Shown here piece after piece: positions 27,821-37,520 of a stretch of DNA of 54,384 bases. A program made the position numbers and the translations under genes. Each line of letters opens with the position of its first letter. Position 1 is the stretch's first letter. The notes under the pieces are model-generated. The model was not told where the DNA came from and made no database searches. It saw only the letters and a list, made by a program, of their open reading frames with translations. The DNA is taken from positions 1-54,384 of the IMG/VR virus record IMGVR_UViG_3300031951_000214; one strand, 5' to 3'. The stretch is from a virus (taxonomy: Duplodnaviria > Caudoviricetes).

Positions 27821-28031
27821 GTTTCTTCCTCCGGTCAAAAATGGGGTTGTCCTCAAACTCTTTTGGACTGTCCCGATTCTTTCTTTCGATTTCTTGTCTC
27901 AGCTTCTCCACCTTCTCCAACTGCTGTTTGGCATCGTTCCTTGTCTCCAGTATGTCCAGATACATGAACGCCAACAACGGCAGCATCAAGGCCACCAACA
28001 AAACCGCCACCACCCAGCCCACCATTCCCAT
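27813..28031 (-). CDS. small single-pass membrane protein (lysis cassette)
   Basis: GAGGAG RBS and TGATG overlap favour the start at 28031; TM plus coiled coil. Confidence 0.6.
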   Translation of the reverse strand: MGMVGWVVAVLLVALMLPLLAFMYLDILETRNDAKQQLEKVEKLRQEIERKNRDSPKEFEDNPIFDRRKKHE

Positions 28032-28726
28032 CACAAGCTCCTCAGTTGTTTCAACCACAGGAACCACGTCCACAGGTACAGGATAAGAATAAGGGCTAGG
28101 ACGGCTGCTCCCGCTCGCAGGTTTTGGCTTCTTTCCCTTTGGTGTCGTTGCCATCTCAATCTTCGCTCCCGTTGTTCCTGTGCAAGTCTGGCAGCTTCTT
28201 GTTCAGCGGCTATGACATCCCGCATCTCAAACACTTTGCTGTACAGCGCACCCATTTCGGGAGGGCTTTGATACACCATCGTTTCCCTTATTGTCTTCTC
28301 CAACTCCGCCATCTGATCCTGCGCCATGACCCGCTTCAGTGCGGCTTCCATTTGATTCTGGTCAGGTTCGTAGACGTTTCTGGACTTCTCCTCCTCTTCC
28401 CGAATGTGTGCAGCTAACTGCTCTTGAATCTTGAAGAACTCGGTAAGCTGCTTGACAACCCCCACCATGACTTCGGTTTCGTCAACGGCAACGAACTTGT
28501 CTTTCTTTTTCGCCACAGGCTTGGGCGTTGACTGTTTTGCCTTGGGTTTAAAGAAGTTACTAAAGTTACTCCAAAATCCAGTAACTTCCCTATAAACGCC
28601 AACAGCCTCGTCAACAGTGCTTTTGACCTCCATGAAAGAAGTCTTCGCCTGCTTGTATAGCTCACAACCTTCCTTGATGGCGGCGACACAAGCATTAGCG
28701 GCAAAGAGAAGGCTGATCGGATCAAT
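28031..28726 (-). CDS. coiled-coil membrane-anchored protein, apparent ATT start
   Basis: Frame is open from ATT at 28726 (IDPISLLFAANACV...) after a GAGGT RBS; C-terminal TM. Confidence 0.65.
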   Translation of the reverse strand: MDPISLLFAANACVAAIKEGCELYKQAKTSFMEVKSTVDEAVGVYREVTGFWSNFSNFFKPKAKQSTPKPVAKKKDKFVAVDETEVMVGVVKQLTEFFKIQEQLAAHIREEEEKSRNVYEPDQNQMEAALKRVMAQDQMAELEKTIRETMVYQSPPEMGALYSKVFEMRDVIAAEQEAARLAQEQRERRLRWQRHQRERSQNLRAGAAVLALILILYLWTWFLWLKQLRSL

Positions 28727-28734
28727 TTTCTACC

Positions 28735-29802
28735 TCAAGCGGTGCGTTCCCACATATACACAACAATATATGGTTGAAGGTTTGCGTCTGTACCAGAAGA
28801 ACCTGTTGTGCTATTTGCCACGGTAATGCCTGTGGTTGCGGTACTAGTTGTATCAGTTATGTTTGCAGGAACAAAACAGTTTGTTGAACTGCCTGATTGC
28901 GGTAAGGCGCTACTTGGTCTGAGATAAGTGTGGTTGTGTCCGGGGTCTGTGACTGATGCAGTGTGGGTGTGGCTAACAACAATTGCATCTTTGCTGCCGC
29001 CTGTTGCGCCTGCGGTGTATGTTCCGCCTCCGCCTGTACCCGCGCCAATCATCACTCGGCCAGCACCAAACGCAGTCCATGTACCAAAACCAAGCAATGT
29101 AGCTGGGTTGGTTGACACTGTTGCAGTGTAAAGAGAACCAACAGGGTATAAAGCAGCCGCAATTGCCGCCTTAACAAATGCTGTTGTAGCGATTGACGTA
29201 TCGTTATCCGAAGTGGATTGCGTCGGCGCTGTGGGGTTGCCAGTAAACGCAGGGGAAGCAATTGCAGCCACATCCGTGCCAATCACCAAGCCAAGGTTTG
29301 TTCTTGCGGCAGACGCTGATGTGGCTCCTGTACCGCCCTTGGCAATAGCCAATGTGCCTGTCAAGTTTGCTGCTTGTACTTCGTAGAAGTTTGTGCCGTC
29401 AGACCAGACAAGGACTTTGTCGCCGTCTGCAATTGCAACCCCAGTACCTGCGGCTGTTGTGTTGCCGATGACCGTAGAGTTGTAGATGGTAATGGTGTAG
29501 CCAGAGTTGTTCCAGATGATGTACTGTTTAGACACTGGCGGGGCGTAGATGGCTGAGGCTGCTGCCGCGCTGTTGAACTTCAACATGGCGTACACCGATT
29601 GGTTCAGCGATGCGCTGGAGGATGGCCCGTTGACATAGGTCAGGGCTTGGGCGGCAGAGGACACCGTGACAGCTTGATACCCTGCGATGGCTGTGTCCAA
29701 AACGTAGGCAAGGTTGCTGTCGGTGGTTGCACCCCACGCACCGGCTTGGTCGCCAGAACCAATCAACTCGATACGCAGGCTTGAGGAATAGGTACTGCTC
29801 AT
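28735..29802 (-). CDS. tail fibre / collar-type structural protein
   Basis: SPAFTGNPTAPT, IATTAFV, YPVGSLY and NLQPYIVVYMW.RTA motifs. Confidence 0.75.
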   Translation of the reverse strand: MSSTYSSSLRIELIGSGDQAGAWGATTDSNLAYVLDTAIAGYQAVTVSSAAQALTYVNGPSSSASLNQSVYAMLKFNSAAAASAIYAPPVSKQYIIWNNSGYTITIYNSTVIGNTTAAGTGVAIADGDKVLVWSDGTNFYEVQAANLTGTLAIAKGGTGATSASAARTNLGLVIGTDVAAIASPAFTGNPTAPTQSTSDNDTSIATTAFVKAAIAAALYPVGSLYTATVSTNPATLLGFGTWTAFGAGRVMIGAGTGGGGTYTAGATGGSKDAIVVSHTHTASVTDPGHNHTYLRPSSALPQSGSSTNCFVPANITDTTSTATTGITVANSTTGSSGTDANLQPYIVVYMWERTA

Positions 29803-31022
29803 GGTGTTTCTCCTTGTGGGGGATTATCCGCGCTTTGTGTTTCTAACGCTGTGATTCGTGCTGTCAGGTCTGTGATGAGGGCTTGCTGTTCTTGGATGGC
29901 TGCTGTTAGGGTTGTTATTAAAAATGAGGTATCTATAGACTGATATCTTGGGCGGGAATGTTCGGCTCCTTCTTCATCTTTATAAATTTCTATTTCATCC
30001 TTTGTTCCAATAACTGCTTGTGGAATAATTGCCTGTAATTCATGGGCAATAAACCCTTCGCTTGTTTTATTTGGTTCAGATTTCCATGTGTAAGTAACTG
30101 GTTTAAGCGCAGCAACTTTTGCCAATGCCCCAGTCATAGGTGCAATGTTTTCTTTTAATCTGTAATCAGATGATGTTGTATAACTAATAGAATTAGAAGA
30201 AGAATAATAAATTCCACCGCCTGTATAAGCATTGTTAAAATCAATAAATCTTATTGCCGCACCATTTTGACTATTTGCACTATTTTTAATGCACATACCT
30301 TGTTGTGAAAAACCATCAAAAGTAAATTGTATGGTTCCAGTCAAAACAGTGGCACTTTGAGCCACCAGCAAGTTACCGCTGGAGTCGATACGCATACGTT
30401 CTGCAAGAGTGTCACTAATTCTTGTTTGAAACACCATTGCCCCACCAGTACCATTGGTGGTTGTGTTTACAGCATCAATTTCAGCAATTGTCCGAACGCT
30501 TGTATCTCTAGCTTGGAACAACAAAGATGCCGCATTGTTACCAGAAACAACCGTATCCCCTGTGCCATCGTGAATGCTTAATTGACCCGCAGTAGCCGCT
30601 GGCCCTTTTACTTCAAGACGATAACTTGGCGCAACACCAATCCCCACATTACCGCTGGAGTCGATACGCATACGTTCTGTGCCGTTTGTTGTAAACACCA
30701 TTGGCGTATTTGACTCATTATGCAGAATGTATGAATCTACATTAGAGCCAACAAACCATGATGACCCAGCAGACGCTGTGTTTCTAATAGTAGAGCCAGA
30801 CCCCCCAGCAACATGAAGTTTAGAACTCGGTGAAGCAGTACCAATCCCCAAGTTACCTGAGCTATCAAACCTTGCAATCTCCGCACCACCTTCAGCAAAA
30901 GCAATGGTGTCAGCGGCAGGGAAGAATATACCTGTGTTTGTATCTGTTCCCCTGACAGCAGGGGTTGCGGCAGAACCGTCGATGTCGGACAAACCGTCCG
31001 TGCCTGAAAGAATTAAACTCAT
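29799..31022 (-). CDS. tail fibre with C-terminal intramolecular chaperone (peptidase S74)
   Basis: Repeated ERMRIDSSGN; SDYRLKENI, GFIAHEL, C-terminal coiled coil. Confidence 0.88.
   Translation of the reverse strand: MSLILSGTDGLSDIDGSAATPAVRGTDTNTGIFFPAADTIAFAEGGAEIARFDSSGNLGIGTASPSSKLHVAGGSGSTIRNTASAGSSWFVGSNVDSYILHNESNTPMVFTTNGTERMRIDSSGNVGIGVAPSYRLEVKGPAATAGQLSIHDGTGDTVVSGNNAASLLFQARDTSVRTIAEIDAVNTTTNGTGGAMVFQTRISDTLAERMRIDSSGNLLVAQSATVLTGTIQFTFDGFSQQGMCIKNSANSQNGAAIRFIDFNNAYTGGGIYYSSSNSISYTTSSDYRLKENIAPMTGALAKVAALKPVTYTWKSEPNKTSEGFIAHELQAIIPQAVIGTKDEIEIYKDEEGAEHSRPRYQSIDTSFLITTLTAAIQEQQALITDLTARITALETQSADNPPQGETP
30373..30679. repeat. 31-bp perfect direct repeat in tail fibre
   Basis: ttaccgctggagtcgatacgcatacgttctg at 30373-30403 and 30649-30679. 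Confidence 0.9.
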
Positions 31023-31495
31023 GGTTTTACCTCAACGACCGCTTCAGGTTCTTGTGGGGTGGTTTCTACTGGAGTCTCAACTACCGCTTCAGGCTCCACA
31101 ACGGGACTATCCACTGGTGCAGGCTCCACAACAGGCTCCACAACAACCACAGGGCGCAAGTCGCCTTTGTCCCATGCTGTAGTCTCTTGATTCCATGTGT
31201 AGAAGTATTCATCCACAGGCATAGCAATAGGTGGGTTCCACAGCCATGTGGCAGTGTCCAGCACCCAGTTATCAAAAGGCTTGGGGGCAATGAAGACATC
31301 GTTTGTCTCGTCATAGGTGTAGCCAATGCCAGCGTAGTTGCCACGCAATGGGCGACCTTGTGGGTGCTGGTTACCGAGCGTGTTGTAGCTGGTCTGAATC
31401 CAGCCGTGACCAACTGCACCAGTGTCGATGAAGTCTTGTTCAGCAACAATCACCTGAGTGACCATACCGTTTTCTACTCGGGCAAAGTGTGACAA
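31019..31495 (-). CDS. tail-fibre-associated protein (possible assembly chaperone)
   Basis: MSHFARV...WIQTSYN...RGNYAGIGYTYD motif; TTG start after AAGGAG. Confidence 0.7.
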   Translation of the reverse strand: MSHFARVENGMVTQVIVAEQDFIDTGAVGHGWIQTSYNTLGNQHPQGRPLRGNYAGIGYTYDETNDVFIAPKPFDNWVLDTATWLWNPPIAMPVDEYFYTWNQETTAWDKGDLRPVVVVEPVVEPAPVDSPVVEPEAVVETPVETTPQEPEAVVEVKP

Positions 31496-31534
31496 TTTAA
31501 TTCTCCTTGAATGTGATGGGCGTTAGTTTATTCG

Positions 31535-32611
31535 TCATCGGGCATTTGCAAATTTCGTTGGATTTTCGCCGAAGGCGGCGTAAATGTATGTGCCACCGCT
31601 GCCGTTAATGTCGTCATCTGCTGTTCTGCACTTGAAGCCGTTGGACAAAACATCGATAGACACAAGCACATTGTTTGCTTCAGCGGCTGAACTGTTTGGC
31701 AAAAGATAATCTTGCATTTGGTTGTATGTTGACCTTGAGGTATCCCAAACAATCCAATTTCCTACAGCGTTTGTCTGCTTGACCATAACGAACCTCGGTC
31801 TAAATCCTAAATATACAAACACACCATCAGTAGAGCCATTGCCTGTGTATTTACCAAACGCAGAGTATCCAGCTACTGCGGCAAAGCAGTATGCGACATA
31901 GGTTGAACCATTTACATTTAAGTCAGTACCCGTGTTAGCGGCAGAACCAATACTAAACACAGAAGATGTTGGTGCAGTAGAGTTAAAATATAACGGCAGG
32001 TTTTGTTGAGCCGCTGTTGTTTGTAGTGTTAGCAAGTTTGTTGGACTGATTGAACTGTGATACACAATCCAAGAAGTGCTTGCAGTCGGCCTGCTCTTAA
32101 TAATCATCATAGATGGTGCAACACCAAGTCCATGCCCTATGGTTGCGGCTGTACCTGTACCTGTATAAGTCACCACGCTAAAGCCAGCAGTTGCATTTGC
32201 TCTTACTTGTGATGAGATTGTCCCGCTGGTGTTTGTTACTGTTGAGCCGCCAGCGTTCCATTGCCAGCCAACGTAGGTTGAGCCAGATAAATTGCTATTT
32301 GTTGCGCTTCCAGTAGTGTTGTTTCCTAGATTGAATCCGTTTGAATTGAAGGCAATTACGTCCCCGCCAGCGCCAGTCCCGTTGTTTCTTTCGGCATCAG
32401 TAAGATTACTAGCCAATGCAATTCCAGCACCCCTGACAGAATCAATTAAACCGTGGGTAGCCGCACTGCTTCGCACCTTAACCCACACCAAATCAGGAGC
32501 AAATGAAACACCATTTGCAGAGTTATTGATTGTTTGCGTTGACCCATTACCCGTGTACAGCGTAGCCGCCATCACAGTACGACCATCAGGAATTGCATAT
32601 GTTGTTGGCAT
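31535..32611 (-). CDS. tail-associated lectin-like beta protein
   Basis: Repeated YTGNG, PDLVWVK, GFRPRFVMVK, YIYAAF. Confidence 0.75.
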   Translation of the reverse strand: MPTTYAIPDGRTVMAATLYTGNGSTQTINNSANGVSFAPDLVWVKVRSSAATHGLIDSVRGAGIALASNLTDAERNNGTGAGGDVIAFNSNGFNLGNNTTGSATNSNLSGSTYVGWQWNAGGSTVTNTSGTISSQVRANATAGFSVVTYTGTGTAATIGHGLGVAPSMMIIKSRPTASTSWIVYHSSISPTNLLTLQTTAAQQNLPLYFNSTAPTSSVFSIGSAANTGTDLNVNGSTYVAYCFAAVAGYSAFGKYTGNGSTDGVFVYLGFRPRFVMVKQTNAVGNWIVWDTSRSTYNQMQDYLLPNSSAAEANNVLVSIDVLSNGFKCRTADDDINGSGGTYIYAAFGENPTKFANAR

Positions 32612-32620
32612 GGTTGTTCC

Positions 32621-35590
32621 TTATAGGTTGAATGTGTTGAGGGCTACAAAGCCGCTTGGTGGGGTGTAGGTGAATGGACGTTGACCAGCGTTGACAGAAC
32701 CAGCAACTGTCCTTGATGTACCGCCCAGATGATTGCAAATCAATTGCATATACGAGGAAGTTAATCCAGTGAAGGCTGTTCCTTGGCTTACATTGTTTTT
32801 ATAAAAAACCAATGTTCCTGCGGTCAAATCTAGAGCAACCCCAATAACGTCATTGTTCGTGTAAGTCGCTCCATACGCCACACCAGTTGCGCCACCAGCG
32901 CCACTATACTTATTTCCATCACAATGGTACACATAACCATCAGTAACCAAATTAATTGTGGTGGTGTTTGTTTGTGTATTTGAGGACAAGATAATACCTA
33001 TCGAAATATTTGACCCAGCACCGACATTGGTGGGTGTAACTTCCCAATAGTATTTGTCAGATGAAACAGCCAAGGTTCCTTTTAAGTACCAAACTCCACT
33101 TGTACTATTTGTATAAGTGAAATCCATGTTACCAGCCGTGACTGTGAATAAAGTTGAAAGTGGGTTTGCAACTGAATAATTAGCCGCTGTCGCACTTGTC
33201 AGTGTAGGCACATCGGTCATGCTGTCGTAGGTTGTGCCAGCAGTCAAAGAGATGTTGTTGGTTGTCCAGTTGTTTCCGTTAGGGCTGAAGTCATACCCCA
33301 AGGTTGTTGTGCTTGTGGTGTTGGTAAACGGCAAGTAAAAACCATTTGTGCCATACGAGCCACCATAGGTGATGGGTTGCCATACACCATAGGAGTTGAA
33401 TGTTCCAAAACTGTTTGGTGTCAGGGCTTGACCGTCAATGAAGTTTATTTCGGTTAAGTAGCCGTCTAGATACCATTGACTTACATTTGAACGCCTACCA
33501 ATATACAAAGGCATTGAAGCAACATTTATATTTGGCACAGTATTTTGTGCTGGGTATGTTGCTGTTGCATACGAACATTCAACACCATTTACATAAATTC
33601 TAACTCTATTGGCGGCTGTTGCTTGTGTTGTATCAACAGACAAAATAACATGATAATAAGCAGATGGGTCACGATAAACGGCATTAGTTTGAATTTTCCA
33701 TGCGGCTGTTTGACCATCATAAAACTCAAGAGTATCAGCGGCAATAGATGAATTTCCATACCCAAAATAATGTATTGCTGTTGAATTATCTCCAGCCAAA
33801 AGTGATGAGGTTACTCCAAAAGAACCTCTTTTAACCCATAAACTGTAAGTAAAAATTTTGTTATTTGTTACAGAACTTGAATTTGTCCTATTCAAATAAG
33901 CAGTCGCACTTGAACGGAAACGCAAAGAGTTGTTCACATACTTCAATGGAGCCAAGTATCCAGTTGATGTGAATGTGTGGATGACATTACCACCAGTGAT
34001 GGTGACAGTACCACCAGCCATTTGCTGAGTTGAGCCGGGGTAGCTGATGATGACCACGCCGGAGCCGCCTGAGCCACCAGCAACGGCTGTACTGCTAGAA
34101 CCTGAACCGCCGCCACCACCGCCAGTATTTGCTGTGCCTGCTGTGCCAGCGGCATTTACACCGCCGTTACCGCCGCCTCCCGCACCACCAGTTCCCGCCG
34201 TCCCAGATGGATATTTAGCACCGCCACCTCCGCCAGCATAAGTGACCGAGGAGCCGCTTATGGATGAGGCAGTACCTGCACCTCCATTACCACCAGCCGC
34301 CGCACCAGCAGTACCCGCCGCAGTTGCGCCACCGCCACCGCCTCCAGAATCATTACCTACTCCGCCAGCGCCTCCATTATTTCCTTGGCTTGGGCTTGTA
34401 GATGGCGTATTTCCTGTTCCGTTTGTTGCCGCACCAGAATAATTACCACCACCACCAGAGCCGCCGTTTTTTCCGTTATAAAAAGAACCTGTATAACCGC
34501 CGCCGCCGCCGCCACCCGTAGAAGTTGTTGAACTAAATGCGGAGTCTGAGCCATTTGCAGATTGTGAACCGCTAACTCCGCCAGCGCCGCCAGCGCCTAC
34601 AGTAACTGTATAAATTGAGTTAGTGTCTAATACGGCTGAACTTGTTCTAAAGCCGCCAGCACCGCCACCGCCAGAACCTGTATATTGACCACCGCCACCG
34701 CCACCAGCAACAACCAAATAGGATGCGCTCAAAGGTGTAATTGGAACAAGAGTGCCAGAAGTTGTAAATGTGTGAATGGTGTTACCACCACTTGAAGTGA
34801 CGACACCGCCACCAAATTGTTGTGCGCCTACATAGGAAATGATGACGATGCCTGAGCCGCCTGATGAACCATTATTGTTAGGCCCACCACCACCACCACC
34901 ACCAGTGTTGGCTGTGCCTGCTGTTCCAACAGAACTAGAAATACCGCCTGTTCCACCGCCACCGCTACCTCCAGCGCCACCACTGTTAAAACCACCACCG
35001 CCACCACCGCCAGCATAGGTAACGCTAGAGCCTGTAATTGAAGATGCTGTGCCAGCACCGCCAGCACCAGATACAGTATTGCCAGTTCCACCAGCCGCAG
35101 TAGCGCCGCCACCGCCGCCACCATAATTTACAAATCCGCTTGTACTGCCACCGTTGTTACCTTGTGATGGAGATGTTGCTGGAGTATTTCCTGTGCCTCC
35201 AGATGCTGCGGCAGATGGAGAACCTGCACCGCCACCACTGCCTCCGTTAGCACCATCACCACTACCTAAAGAACCACCACCACCGCCGCCAGTAGATGTT
35301 ATTGAGGAAAATACAGAATCAGTTCCATTAGTTCCCTTATTGGAAGTTGATGTAGAACCAGCACCACCAGCACCCACAGTAATTGTGTATGACTGAGTTG
35401 GGTTTAAAGATAATGTGCTTGTTCTAAAACCACCCGCACCACCTCCGCCACCAGCGTAGCTGGTTATATTGTTACCTCTGCCACCACCACCACCACCAGC
35501 CACTACAAGGTAGGTTGCAGTAACCGATTGCAGTCCTGTCCACCCAAAGGCGGCAAGTGCGGCGGCTCCAATTTTTGATAGACGGGGCAT
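32621..35590 (-). CDS. glycine-rich tail fibre/receptor-binding protein (two Gly-rich domains, LamG/ConA-like, SPRY-like)
   Basis: Duplicated YLVVAGGGGGG...GSGIVIISY domain; SLRF, FIDGQAL, YYWEV, IGVALDL. Confidence 0.8.
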   Translation of the reverse strand: MPRLSKIGAAALAAFGWTGLQSVTATYLVVAGGGGGGRGNNITSYAGGGGGAGGFRTSTLSLNPTQSYTITVGAGGAGSTSTSNKGTNGTDSVFSSITSTGGGGGGSLGSGDGANGGSGGGAGSPSAAASGGTGNTPATSPSQGNNGGSTSGFVNYGGGGGGATAAGGTGNTVSGAGGAGTASSITGSSVTYAGGGGGGGFNSGGAGGSGGGGTGGISSSVGTAGTANTGGGGGGGPNNNGSSGGSGIVIISYVGAQQFGGGVVTSSGGNTIHTFTTSGTLVPITPLSASYLVVAGGGGGGQYTGSGGGGAGGFRTSSAVLDTNSIYTVTVGAGGAGGVSGSQSANGSDSAFSSTTSTGGGGGGGYTGSFYNGKNGGSGGGGNYSGAATNGTGNTPSTSPSQGNNGGAGGVGNDSGGGGGGATAAGTAGAAAGGNGGAGTASSISGSSVTYAGGGGGAKYPSGTAGTGGAGGGGNGGVNAAGTAGTANTGGGGGGSGSSSTAVAGGSGGSGVVIISYPGSTQQMAGGTVTITGGNVIHTFTSTGYLAPLKYVNNSLRFRSSATAYLNRTNSSSVTNNKIFTYSLWVKRGSFGVTSSLLAGDNSTAIHYFGYGNSSIAADTLEFYDGQTAAWKIQTNAVYRDPSAYYHVILSVDTTQATAANRVRIYVNGVECSYATATYPAQNTVPNINVASMPLYIGRRSNVSQWYLDGYLTEINFIDGQALTPNSFGTFNSYGVWQPITYGGSYGTNGFYLPFTNTTSTTTLGYDFSPNGNNWTTNNISLTAGTTYDSMTDVPTLTSATAANYSVANPLSTLFTVTAGNMDFTYTNSTSGVWYLKGTLAVSSDKYYWEVTPTNVGAGSNISIGIILSSNTQTNTTTINLVTDGYVYHCDGNKYSGAGGATGVAYGATYTNNDVIGVALDLTAGTLVFYKNNVSQGTAFTGLTSSYMQLICNHLGGTSRTVAGSVNAGQRPFTYTPPSGFVALNTFNL

Positions 35591-35600
35591 CTGCGTGTCC

Positions 35601-36164
35601 TTATGCGAACTTGGTTTGTGATGCCAACACGGTAAAAGCGGCGCTTCCTGTTTTGATGATTACATAGGTGTAACTATCAATTGAGCTTGCATTGCCTGAT
35701 GTCGGTGCAGTACCGCCTTGCCACTTGGGAGTGACGGACGAGCCGTCCACCTGTACAGCAGAGTTGTAGTAAGCCGTAGCACCATTGGTCACCAAGAAAG
35801 TCACAGACAAGGATTCGCCTGTTGCCATGATGGTGTTCAATGATGTGCCGCTTGAGCCTCTGAAGTTGACCGTGAAGTTACCAGACGCATTGGTGGTGTA
35901 GTACAAAACAACCTGAGTCAGCGCATCGTAGGCAATCGTGCCTGTTGCAGCAGTAGCAGAAATAGTCGTTGTTTCTCGGATTGTTGTGGCTAATTCATTG
36001 GTGATTGTTGGGCTTGTTAAGGTTTTGTTTGTCAACGTCTGCGTCAGGTCATTACCTGTCATTGTGAAGTCAGAGTCAGGCACAGTAACAGCACGGTTAG
36101 CCGCAGGGGAAGCCGTAAAGGTTGAAGTGAAATTGGTGGAGCCACCACTAAAAGCTATTGCCAT
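35601..36164 (-). CDS. tail structural protein
   Basis: QTLTNKTLTSPTI, KWQGGTAP; late-gene context. Confidence 0.7.
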   Translation of the reverse strand: MAIAFSGGSTNFTSTFTASPAANRAVTVPDSDFTMTGNDLTQTLTNKTLTSPTITNELATTIRETTTISATAATGTIAYDALTQVVLYYTTNASGNFTVNFRGSSGTSLNTIMATGESLSVTFLVTNGATAYYNSAVQVDGSSVTPKWQGGTAPTSGNASSIDSYTYVIIKTGSAAFTVLASQTKFA

Positions 36165-36173
36165 GTTTTTTCC

Positions 36174-36644
36174 TTAGAAGACGACCAAGCGTTGACCGCT
36201 GGTAACAGTAATAGTAACGCCGCTGGCAACAGTGAGAGGGCCAACAGCAAATCCGTTCTGCCCGGCAGCAATAGTGCCACTTACCGTCACAGTGTCAGCA
36301 TTTAACTGCACCGCGCCAATACCACCACCAATAGCGTTAGATGTAAATTCTGCGGGATAGGTGACAAACACATCCTTTGTACCGGCACTGAAGTTAACCA
36401 ATGCGCCTGCGTTACTGGATGAAATAACTGTGGTTCTGGCAAGCGTTGTACCGGATGAATTGTATGTACCAATACCAACTTCCCATTCCGAGCTACTTTG
36501 CCCAGCAATGGTGTAATAGGTGGTGTTTGAGTTTCCTATGACGGCAAAGGACTGATACCCAGTTGATGCCCCGAGCAGAGTCACTGTCCCCGTACCCGCC
36601 GTGGTGGTGGTCTCTTTAACTCGGTCTGCAAGTACAAAAGCCAT
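36174..36644 (-). CDS. tail structural protein
   Basis: LADRVKETTTT...WEVGIGTY...KDVFVTYPA. Confidence 0.7.
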   Translation of the reverse strand: MAFVLADRVKETTTTAGTGTVTLLGASTGYQSFAVIGNSNTTYYTIAGQSSSEWEVGIGTYNSSGTTLARTTVISSSNAGALVNFSAGTKDVFVTYPAEFTSNAIGGGIGAVQLNADTVTVSGTIAAGQNGFAVGPLTVASGVTITVTSGQRLVVF

Positions 36645-36652
36645 GTGCGTCC

Positions 36653-37495
36653 TTAATCCGTCTCAACCAACGTCCAGTCAGGGGTTTCTGAGTTGTCTAC
36701 CAGCGCCCAGCCAGCAGTTTGAGAATTGTTGACATTTTGCCAGTTTGCGGTCTGGCTGTCATCTACCAATTTCCAGTAGATTGCAATTACAGACCCAACA
36801 GAACCTGTAGCCTGAACCCCAGTTAAAGCAAACGATTTGTTTAAACCAACCGTACCAACCAGCCCAGCAGCACCACTGCCTGTTATAGGGCCACCTTGAG
36901 AAAAGACAACAGTGTTAACTGCACCCGAAGCCACAACGCCGGTCAATGCTATAGAAATAGCGGGGCTTACTGTTCCAACTGAACCTATAGCTTCGTCGCC
37001 AAATGTTGCGTCAGACTCGTTGTATATGACCGTACCAGCAAGACCAGAAGCCCCAACTCCTGTTAACGCAACTTCTTGGCTTTGTGTAACAGTCCCGACC
37101 GCTCCTGCGGCTGACACCCCTGTTATGGCAAATATCTTTTCTGGGGTCAGCGTACCCGCAAACCCACTGGCGTGAACTCCGGCTATTAACGGGAAATTTG
37201 TCTCATCTACAGCACCAACATCTGCGTTGGACAAAACACCAGTCAAAGCAACAGATATGCTTTGTACAACCGTCCCAGCACTGCCCGATGCTTCTACGCC
37301 TGTTACTGCTTGAGAATTTACGGCGACAACCGTACCTACACTACCTGTCGCCAATACACCTGACAGAGCAAATTCTTTACCTGCTACAACTGTTCCAACA
37401 TCCCCAGTCGCGGCTACGCCCGTCAGGGCAACGACGACTACATTTTCGCCAAGAGCGGCATAAGGTGACTGGGCGTATGCGGATATACCAAACAT
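36653..37495 (-). CDS. repetitive virion protein (ALTGVxAxGxVGTV repeats)
   Basis: About ten imperfect ~20-aa repeats. Confidence 0.7.
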   Translation of the reverse strand: MFGISAYAQSPYAALGENVVVVALTGVAATGDVGTVVAGKEFALSGVLATGSVGTVVAVNSQAVTGVEASGSAGTVVQSISVALTGVLSNADVGAVDETNFPLIAGVHASGFAGTLTPEKIFAITGVSAAGAVGTVTQSQEVALTGVGASGLAGTVIYNESDATFGDEAIGSVGTVSPAISIALTGVVASGAVNTVVFSQGGPITGSGAAGLVGTVGLNKSFALTGVQATGSVGSVIAIYWKLVDDSQTANWQNVNNSQTAGWALVDNSETPDWTLVETD

Positions 37496-37520
37496 GGTCT
37501 ACGGCCTGCGCCGCCTCCGC

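Noticed and set aside
28032-28154. N-terminal extension MATTPKG... of the 27813 gene
   Set aside because: It overlaps the TM-coding end of the upstream gene; the start at 28031 has a better RBS and a TGATG coupling.
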